Assembly: GCA_964255285.1 (NCBI GenBank) | Contig: CAXUUL010000017.1 | Span: forward strand, 44,508-64,507 | Direction: 5' to 3' | Source of the DNA: Ionaspis alba | Lineage: Eukaryota | Length of the DNA stretch: 20,000 nt | Part shown: in pieces, positions 1 through 8,956 of the stretch | Layout: each line of letters begins with the position of its first letter | How positions within the stretch are numbered: the first letter of the stretch is position 1 | Position numbers and translations under genes: made by a program | Notes under the pieces: generated by a model | Told to the model about the DNA's origin: nothing | The model's input: the letters and a program-made list of their open reading frames with translations, nothing else | Databases searched by the model: none

Positions 1-620
1 AGTCCACGATTTCACATGGAGCAATGACTAATGTCTTTCTTCTATGGAAGATTCGAGTCTGCACGTTTACCGTTGTTCCAAAAGCTATACGTTCTTTCCA
101 GTTCACTCCGCTAACACCCCATTCTGAACCACTACTGACTCATCGAGCAGATGGGAAATAGTCGATGGCTCCTCCAGAAAGGTCCAGTTTTCGATAATCC
201 ATCGATTGCTTCGACAGTAATATCAGTCTTGCCATCGACGTAGAACCTTTGCTCCTGCGCGGGTACTCACCCACCTACTTGTTTCCTGCTTCTTGCCCCT
301 GTGTGAACATGTGTATCGTATGATTATCTTGAAAGCGCAGTCGGTGGTGTATGACTTCTACCACCATCAACCTATGTAAATTTTCATATTCATCATTGCC
401 ATGTCGTCGCTCAAGGTTGTCGTTAGTGTCAAGCATGCTCACTTCTCCACAGATGTCTCAATCGTTTTCGCTGTCTCCTTGGCTAGACAGATCTGTCTCG
501 TTATGAGAATGAAATACTCCGTATTCCTCGCGTCCTGTCAGACAGTAAAGTTGAGGCTTCTTTGCTTCGTCGCTGTTGAAGGATCCTTGATGCAACATCT
601 ACTGAAGTTGACCGGGCAGC

Positions 621-830
621 CTCATGTTCTTCAGTTTGACTAGTCTGTCAACTTCGACATGATTATTCCTGTGAANNNNNNNNNNNNNNNNNNNNNNNNN
701 NNNNNNNNNNNNNNNNNNNNNNNNNNNNNNNNNNNNNNNNNNNNNNNNNNNNNNNNNNNNNNNNNNNNNNNNNNNCTCATGTTCTTCAGTTTGACTAGTC
801 TGTCAACTTCGACATGATTATTCCTGTGAA
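621..830. repeat. 55-bp direct repeat (621-675 = 776-830) flanking a 100-N scaffold gap (676-775); assembly overlap artefact
   Basis: Identical 55-mer CTCATGTTCTTCAG...TTCCTGTGAA lies immediately either side of the N run. Confidence 0.9.
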
Positions 831-1452
831 TTTCTGGGCCTTTCTAGCGAATCCTGAGAGGTAATCCTCTGACGCGAGCGGCGAAGACACCTTGTCCGAA
901 TAGTTCAGCATAGCCAGCTCGACGATTGTCGTCGACCTGAAAGACTTCAAGCTTCCGCGTCAGACCTGAACTCTTCACAAGCGAAACATCCACATGATAT
1001 TTTAATCCAAACGAGGGAGATAGTGGGGTCAAGAGGCACGCTGCCCTCTTCCGCGGACTTTCGGGACACATCTTCGGTTTCCTTAACGTCCTGGCATGCT
1101 TAGATGATATCCAAGGAAAATGGACATGTATCACTCGGGAAAAGGCATCATCTGAGTCTGCACCCACGGAACATAAGCACAGGCTTACTGCTGTGCCATA
1201 TCAGACACCATTGGCTGTACTCAAATTGCTTATACAGATACAGGGTAGGACAAAATTTAGGGCTCATATTGGAACAGTATGTACTGGATGTTAGTGCTGT
1301 AAGTAACAGTATCTTCGTGCTCTTATGCCACTGAAATGTTCTATGGAACTATTGCTATTGCCCAAACACCCTGTACAATGATATTCTCCAGTCCAAAAAG
1401 ACAACCTTCCCAATATGCAACACGAGAACAAGTAAAGACGAGAACTGGCTTC

Positions 1453-4117
1453 TCAATCGAGGAGATTATTGCTCGCCTTCAACAATATACTGGATATTTT
1501 CTTCACCTGCTCCTGCGCCAGCTTCCAATCATCAGCATCCAGAGCATCTCGGATGCCTGGGAAATACGCTTCGTCGTAACCCGACCAAGCCTGCGGGGCA
1601 AATATTACATGCTTGAATTGCTCACGACCAGGAAGCTGGTACAAATTAGTCTCAATGCTCGGGCAACACAAATGAGAATAGAGTAGTACTCACACCGCCA
1701 CCAATGTCAAGCAAATCGGTCTCAAAGTTCGCCATCTTGGTGTTGTGAGCCATACGCTCAAGTGCCATGACTCGGCTCTCGAAGCCTCCCATCCCATACA
1801 CAATCGAGTCCCACTCGGAATCCCAATCGTGAAACGTGCGCGCGTTCCGGACGAAAGTGTCCGCGGCGTCATGAAGAGACTTCAGGTCAAGCCCAGATTC
1901 TCCGCCTTTACGGGACGCGGCTTTCTTCGCGACGTATTTCTCCAGATCGTCGACATAAACCTTGATGGCTGCAGCATAAGCTTCCAAGTCGAATGGCAGT
2001 AGAGGCCGATCGGCCAATTCCAGAATAAGCAGAGCCATGACCTGACCCATGAGTTTATGATATTGGAAATTGGGGTCGCCAAATTTGCTCATCCAGTCGA
2101 AGTTGTCGTAGCAGCTATGATACGGGAACTGCTTGCCTTTGAAGAACATGTCGATCGACGACATCCCAACTATATCCTGAAAGGCAACGTAATCACTTCC
2201 CGCGCCGAGGCCTTTGAGCTTTCGATTCTTCTCATTCCAGATGGCCCGTAACGTCTTGTTAGCGACAGGGTCAGCAGTACGGTCGAGGACGTGAAACAAT
2301 GCTTTTTGGAGTATGGGAGAGGCCGCTGCGGTGAAGTCGTCGCCTTGAACGGCTACATCTACATTGACGTAAGCAAACCCATCACGCCGGAGATCTTCCA
2401 TGCGAGCTTCAACATGCTCGGTAGAACCGATGAGGTTGTACTCTTCTCCGTCCCAAGAAGCAAATTCGATGCTTCGAAGCGGCCTCCAGCCTCTGGCTGT
2501 GAGCTCGCCGAATACTCGAACAACCTCGAGTAGGACAGCTGTGCCACTACCAGGGTCAACGGCTCCAAAGCACCAGGCATCACGATGGTTCCCAACAACG
2601 ATCGATTTCTCAGACTGCTCAGCACCAGTGATCTTGCCGACCACGTTGTAGATCGGCTGTCGCGCTTCTTCGTCTTGCTCGTTTTTCAGCTGAACGACTG
2701 GTGATTTTTGATCGCCAGACCACCATTCAACATCTGGCACACCGCCAACCCAGTCCTTCACATCCTTCAGGTCTTCGCCATGGCCTTTGAGTGCTTGAAG
2801 CAGCCTCTGCACATCTCTCCAAGAAAGAGGTATGCTCGGAATGTTGTTCAGACCAGGATTGTTGTCTTTGGAGATCCGCTTTTGCTCAGCCGGTAAAGAA
2901 GCGAATCCAGGGGATAGGACGTCCCCAACGATCCAACTCATCAGACTAACAGCCCCACGCTGTACGCCGTCTGCGGGTCGGTACCGTCCATCAGGAAACG
3001 GCTTCCCCTTGACAAAGCCATCCTCGTTTGGATCGCTGTAAATAATGCACCCAGAAGCTCCAGCTAATTCAGCGGCCTTGACTTTGAGGGCACGGTCGCC
3101 TTGGCTCCCGTAGTATCGTACCAAAGCGATCGCTCCCGTCAAGTCAATTCCTTTGTCTTGCAACATCTTGAAGTCTTCGCGAGATCCGTAATTGGCGTAG
3201 ATTAGAGGGCCAGTGACAGTCCCAGATCTTGAATGACCATGAAACACCAGTGTCTGCTCACGAGATGGGCCTACATACGCACTCTCCTCCTCGATTTTTG
3301 CTTCCCAAGCCATCTTAGGTGGATCGATGATTGCTACCCTTCGGCCTCCCTTTTTTGGATAATTGAGGTAAACATCGAATCTTTCCAATCCGACATTCTC
3401 CAATCTAGCCCCTTTGAACGCCGATTCCACCCACTTAGCCAATACATAGCTCCCCTCCGTTCCCGCGATATGATCAAACATTGTTAAATGCTCCAGATTT
3501 TGCCGGATGAGCGTCTCGTCGATATGGTCCTGTGCAAACATCTTGACAGACTCTGGCTCGTATGTGTGACCACTCCCACCTCTGGATCGAAACCTAAACA
3601 CATCGGATAAAAATACAACATATGCTAGTGAGAGAACGAAGAGGAGTGCGAAAAAGCGTCCGGCCAGTATCCATCCTGGTTGCAGCAGATGAGGAAGGCT
3701 TGGAAGCTTTGACCGAATGTTGTCCAAGGAAGGCAACCACCGTCGAAACGGCAAATTCAGCGACGAGAGACCGCTTCTCAAGCTAATGATCCGTTTTGAG
3801 AACGTAGTTCCTCCTCTTTGATTCCCCTCCTCCCCAGGCTCAAGTATATCCATCTCCAATATCTCATGCCTGAGGCCGTCCACAGAGTCTCTGGCAGAGC
3901 CATCCGCAGAGTCTTGACTGGATCTGACCGATTCGACCGTTGGAGGAACATAGCTATTGTTACGGCCCAAAAGCGTTTGCCGTTCGGCATCGTGACTGAC
4001 TTCTGTCGGGCCGAGAAACGACTGTGAGGAGGGAGGTCGAGAGGATGTGGCTTCGTCATAAGTTGGTATAGGGAGCGACTCGAGCCGTTCATACTTATTG
4101 GGCTTCTCGTCCGCCAT
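1453..4117 (-). CDS. Transferrin-receptor-like M28 glutamate carboxypeptidase (Tre1/Tre2/Vps70 family), type II membrane protein, ~868 aa; exons 4117-1694, 1635-1453
   Basis: Long ORF with one TM segment (GWILAGRFFALLFVLSLAYVVFLSDVF) and a PA domain (GPLIYANYGSREDF...GCIIYSDP). GCPII-type metal/catalytic motifs are present: GNHRDAW, DPGSG, WDGEEY, NVDV, YHSCYD. A 58-nt phase-0 intron 1693-1636 (GTGAGT...CTAAT...CAG) joins the TfR-dimerisation-domain exon LPGREQFKHVIFAPQAWSGY. Confidence 0.93.
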
Positions 4118-4170
4118 TGCGGCGGCGAGGAATGGCTTCGAACACCAGGACGGGACAGATGGCCAGAGTA

Positions 4171-4179
4171 CTATTGCAT
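4171..4179 (-). promoter_or_regulatory. Minimal uORF (Met-Gln-stop) in strong Kozak context upstream of the Tre/Vps70-like gene
   Basis: The minus strand reads GCCACC-ATG-CAA-TAG, ending 53 nt before the main ATG at 4117. Confidence 0.35.
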
Positions 4180-4696
4180 GGTGGCTAATTGATAGTAGTG
4201 ACTATAGAGGAGTCTCATCGGGAAAGCAACTCTCCTTAGGACCTGCTGCAGTCGGCCCTGATTGATCAAGCAGTTGCTGTCGAACAAATGGATTAAGGCT
4301 GACGCACCCTAAAGCAGTCCTGAGTCTTAGAAATGCAATAGGCGAGCTCGGCGACAGATCGTGTTTGATGACTGCTTGGCAGTAGACTCGCATACGTAGT
4401 ACGCGGACAGTTCCCCTAAAGCCAACAATAGCCTACCACCTAACCTGGCGAATAGGTGGCTCATATTAGGGGAATTAGCGGAATTTGTCCGGGTACTATG
4501 TACAACCCTCGACTTGGATTTGCAAGAACAACTTCACCTTCTGTACTGTTTGGATGTTGAGATTTGCGACGATTGTTGCATCTACTGAATCCATGTGCTG
4601 CGCGTCAAATCTACACTTCATAGTCTTCATAAGCTCTAAGGAAGCACATTTTAGAGCTCGATTGTGATCTTTGATTCGAAAGCGTCTCTACAGCAT

Positions 4697-5692
4697 TTAT
4701 GGACTCGAATCAATTCTTTTGACGAAGCGAACAACTCTTGATATGAAATCCTTCAACACATCCGCTGTCGCTCCATTCAAGTTATGATCCGCCCCATCGA
4801 GCACTCCACTGTCCTCGTCCACTACTCCTCCCCCTTCCTTGATGATAGTCGTCCATCGCTTCACCAATGACTCTTTGTCCACACTCTCCGGCACATATTG
4901 ATCCTTTTCCCCATAGAGAATCTGGATAGGTGTCTTCGTAGCCCCGATTTTCCCAAACGTACTTCTCAGCCTCTCATCACTGAAGTCGGAACTGAAGTAG
5001 TCGTCCTCGCCGGTGTGGTTCGGCGACGGGCTTGCCAGACTGAGCCAGCGGATAGCAGAGATAGGGGCAGGTAAGATGTCAGAGGTGACCGTCATGGGTA
5101 GTACGTCGGCCCCTCGTCCCTCGCAAATGTAGGTCTCAGCAAGCTTCACGCTTGCATCATAAGCTTCAGAGGAAAGAAACATGGCTATTGCCTCCCTATC
5201 ACTGACACATGCTTGCATTATTGCCCCGGAAAGCCCTGGGCGAGAGGAGTCGTCTGTCTTCTCCGGTGACAAGAGGTAGTGTATAGTATCCTGGCAACCA
5301 GTCGAGTGACCCATCAAGATGACTTTGCCCTGAGGTCGAATTCTGTGAATGTAATTTATACATTGAGCGATCTCATCAACATCTTTGTCGAGGCTCGAAG
5401 TGCCCCAGCCGATGTACGACGAGGAGAGAATTGGTTGGATGAGACGCCATCGGGGTGGTAGTGCAGCTGCAAGTGGAATTGCGTAAGGGACTGTGAGTAA
5501 TCCATCGAAGAGGCCTCCGACAAACACAGCGGTATGGAGAGCGGAGGTACTTGGGGCAGGTAGAGCGAACTCGAAAGCTACCAGTTTCGAGGTCTACGCA
5601 AGAATCAGCAGGTCTCTGCTGCTATCAAATGGAAGTGACAAGCTCACGTAATGATGCAGCGATCCAGGGTACGAAGCCGGCTTATATGCCAT
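4697..5692 (-). CDS. DUF1749 (UPF0613) alpha/beta hydrolase, same family as the fusarinine C esterase SidJ, ~313 aa; exons 5692-5648, 5593-4697
   Basis: Spliced N-terminus MAYKPASYPGSLHHY|TSKLVAFEF...FVGGLFDGLLTVPY via a 54-nt intron 5647-5594 (GTGAGC...CTGAT...TAG). Family motifs: nucleophile elbow GHSTGCQD, SSYIGWGTSSLDKDV, DDYFSSD, YGEKDQYVP, GADH. Confidence 0.88.
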
Positions 5693-6243
5693 GATTCACT
5701 ACCAAGTATCAAGGGTCTTCGGCGGAGGGCATGCCCAAGCAAGAATCTCGCTCTTCCGCTTAGAGGCATAGTCAACACACATGCTAAAGGAACCCCAGAT
5801 GGATTACAGACTCGTAAGGCATTTTCGACTAATTATGAGAGTGAGCCACCAATAGTGCGCGAAAGCACTTCCCGAAGGATGCCCTTGCAAATCTACGCCG
5901 CAACCGATGCGGCTCAGACTGTCTCAGCAAATCTATCCGCTTTCCATTGGCTACTTCTCCAGGATCCTCCCAAGGCGTATCAGGCTGAGTAGGAGGCATG
6001 GTAGGCGAACAGCAAATCCTCCTGTCCCTCCTTGTCATGTCTCTGCCAGATTCCGGTCTCTGATCCTGGAGCTACTGCTCCTTCACTGTGTTGAATTCTG
6101 TTCATATCTTGCTCATCTCTCTCTCTTTTCTACTTGTTCGCAACTTCGCTATAATTTGCACTATCAGCCCACTATCCACGAATCCCCCTTTCCAAACCAC
6201 CCATTCACGAGTTTGTTTTTCTTTCCCTTCAATTTGAAAAGAC

Positions 6244-7049
6244 ATGGACGACTCTTCCTCCCCACCTGAATATAGGATACTACATCCCGAGTCGAGCGAG
6301 ACCCTACGAGCAGATCCTCTCCTTACCTCAGCTTTGCGCAGGACCGATGGCAAGGACAGAAAGAACAGAACCTGCGTGTTTAGCCTGAGCACCATTCCGC
6401 GTCTCCTCACCTTTACCTTCGCCCTCGTCGCCATAACCTGCCTTCTCGCGGAACCGCCGCGCTGTGCCAGTTGGCGCTACTCTCGCTGTGACACAAACAT
6501 CATTGCCTTCCCACTGGTCCTCCTTTTCCTATCCCTAGTTGGCCACTTCCTTGCCGCTATCTATTTTGTCTTTACGTCGCTTCTTTATTTCGAATGGAAA
6601 GGAGAAGGTTGGACACGACCGGGAGCACAGAGAGCTGCTCAATTTGAGTCGAACGAATCTCGTACAAATAACGAGAATTACACGCAAGGATTGCTTCTCG
6701 TCTGGGACGTGGTACTTGCCTTCTTGATGACAACAGGCATAAGCATCTTTATCAATAACAACGACACCTGGTGGTCAAGCACCACTGCCGGTATTGTGTT
6801 TACTTATTTTACCGCGTAACGTAACCTGATCCTATGTATGGATGTTCTTTCGCTGACAATAATGGCGGCTACAGTGTGGTGCAAATCGTCTCAACTGTCG
6901 TATCGTTCAGTCATCGACGCTTCAAGATCACTGCGTCGTGCGTCGCTAATGACATTGAACTCGATGACGAGCCGGCAGACCAAGATCTTTATCGAGACCT
7001 GCCAACTTCTAAGGATGCTGTGAATGTGGATTTGAATTTGGTAGTGTAG
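6244..7049 (+). CDS. Hypothetical four-transmembrane protein (MARVEL/tetraspan-like topology), ~248 aa; exons 6244-6815, 6875-7049
   Basis: A 191-codon ORF joins in frame to the downstream ORF through a 59-nt phase-2 intron 6816-6874 (GTAACG...CTGAC...CAG). Four hydrophobic segments, a Cys pair in loop 1, N-terminal PPEY and an acidic C-tail. Confidence 0.7.
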
Positions 7050-7704
7050 ATAGAGATATGATTGAAACATGTATCCGGTTGTTTGGGGAGTCAATGGTCA
7101 AATCTTTCTTATCTCATGGCGGCCAACTCATCAAGATGGTCTTGTCCTGTTTCTATCGACCCAACCACGGTAAGAGCATGTGGATAATTAAGGCTCATTG
7201 ATAAAATCACACTATAGATTGCAAAAGTCTGCTATTCAGCGTTGATCAACGTTTGCTCGAGAGATTGAGTTCACGGGCGAAATATTAGAGGATTTGCGAT
7301 TGTACGTTAAAATGATTGGCACGCTCATATTGGCGGTTTGGAGATACAACCGTCTGTTTTAAATACCTTCAGTCCACAAATCAACTGCAATGGCTGTAGC
7401 GTGTTGACCACCCGATCTGTACCTATGAGACCCTCCAGTATAAGGTAAATCGGCACTTATCATGTCATGACACATGTGACCATTGACGGTTCAATGTTGC
7501 TCCTGAGCTATCAAACCATCTTTGACCTGGAAAAACACAACACGCCATTCCTAACTTCAAGATCCGTGAGCCCATGTCTAGAGATGGAATCCATTTAGGA
7601 CCATGTTTTTTATCCGCATCCCCTAAGGTTCACCCGATCTCGAAGCGGTCACAGATATGGAATCTTTAGATAGTTGAGTTCGGCCTGCGCTTGTAGCATA
7701 GAAT

Positions 7705-7834
7705 ACGCGCGCGCTTCTGTTGAAGAGGTCCATCATGAATCTAATAGCCCCGCGTAAAGGCCGGTTGCAAACTCGTTTTACGCGCTGACCATTCAAATCT
7801 TGATTTCAATGCAACAATCGTAAAATCCCACGTG
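7705..7834 (+). promoter_or_regulatory. Cluster of MCB/SCB-like CGCG elements and an E-box upstream of DUO1
   Basis: ACGCG at 7705; inverted pair CGCGTAAA (7751-7758) / TTTACGCG (7777-7784); CACGTG at 7829-7834. All lie within 170 bp of the ATG. Confidence 0.4.
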
Positions 7835-7870
7835 TCACTTCTCGCGCTCCATGCCAACCTGGCCGCCAAA

Positions 7871-8554
7871 ATGGCCCAGAAACCCCCATCCTCTCCATCC
7901 AATCCCGACGACCTCTTTGCCTCGCCCGACACCAATCCACAGGCCTCCAGAACCTCGACATCCAAACCTCCAGTGACTCCAGCGCCAGCGAATAACTTTC
8001 CAAATCCATCCTCTCCTGCGTCCCGCGAATCTGCTCTTCGTGCCGAACTCAGTCACCTCCGCAATATCAATTCCACACTCTCCACTGTTATCTCTTCCCT
8101 CGCTGGCGCTCAATCGCACATGCAAACAATCAACAACACCGTGAACACCTCCACTACATTGTTAGAAACATGGACGCGAATACTGTCACAGACAGAGCAC
8201 AATCAGCGACTAATACTGAATCCGAATTGGCAAGGGGCAGGGCAGGATGTTCGAGATGCGGAGCTGGAGGTTGAGAGGAGAGAGGATGAGGAAAAGAAGA
8301 AAGAGGATCAAAGGAGGAAAGAAGATAGGCGGAGGGCCGAGGAAGCCGAGCGAAAAACCGAGGGGCAGGCTGCTGGGGCTTCGACTGTGGGCCGAGGCAC
8401 AGGGACCGGAAGACGAAGGACAGGACGAGGCGTCGGTGTTGGCGGCACTGGGAGAGGGATATCGAGAGGCGGTGGGACTGCACCAGGGAGAGGTGGAACT
8501 GGGATCGGGCGGGGTACGGGAGTCGGGAGAGGAAGAGGACGAGGCGTTTCATGA
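7871..8554 (+). CDS. DUO1: DASH/Dam1 kinetochore complex subunit Duo1, 227 aa, single exon
   Basis: ATG at 7871 in good context (GCCAAAATGG). DASH_Duo1 signature RESALRAELSHLRNIN...LLETWTRILSQTEHNQRLILNPNWQGAGQD, followed by a charged helix and an RG-rich tail. Confidence 0.92.
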   Translation: MAQKPPSSPSNPDDLFASPDTNPQASRTSTSKPPVTPAPANNFPNPSSPASRESALRAELSHLRNINSTLSTVISSLAGAQSHMQTINNTVNTSTTLLETWTRILSQTEHNQRLILNPNWQGAGQDVRDAELEVERREDEEKKKEDQRRKEDRRRAEEAERKTEGQAAGASTVGRGTGTGRRRTGRGVGVGGTGRGISRGGGTAPGRGGTGIGRGTGVGRGRGRGVS

Positions 8555-8956
8555 TGGCATGGAACACGTCAAAAAGCGAAATCGGGAGCGGCCTACGAGA
8601 CGTCGTGGCGGCTCACCACGCGCGCCTTGAGGGCGGCATGGACGACGGGCGTGGAGAAGAATGGGCAGATTATGATAACGACACGACTATACCCCGAGAG
8701 CACGAGATGGATTTCAAATTCTCAAAAAGCAATTGCTTTCTCGATGACTTGAGCTGTTTTACTGCTACAGCACAGGAGCAATACCGAGATGCAGCAATGC
8801 AAGGCCGTAGCCCTAGGCTAGCTGCAAGATACCCCGTAAGAATACAGAAGAGGACGAATGTTCAGTCAGCAGCAGCAGTCATCGCTAGAAATTCGCACAC
8901 GTGACACCCTTTGTCGTACACAGCTGTTAATGCTGATAAAAGCGATTCTCTGTGAC

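Noticed and set aside
5693..6243. Iron-regulatory SreA GATA sites upstream of the SidJ-like gene
   Set aside because: No ATCWGATAA-type match seen.
7240..7478. Short palindromes CGTTGATCAACG (7240-7251), TGTCATGACA and CACATGTG (7463-7478)
   Set aside because: Lengths expected by chance in 20 kb; no TIR/TSD structure indicating a MITE.
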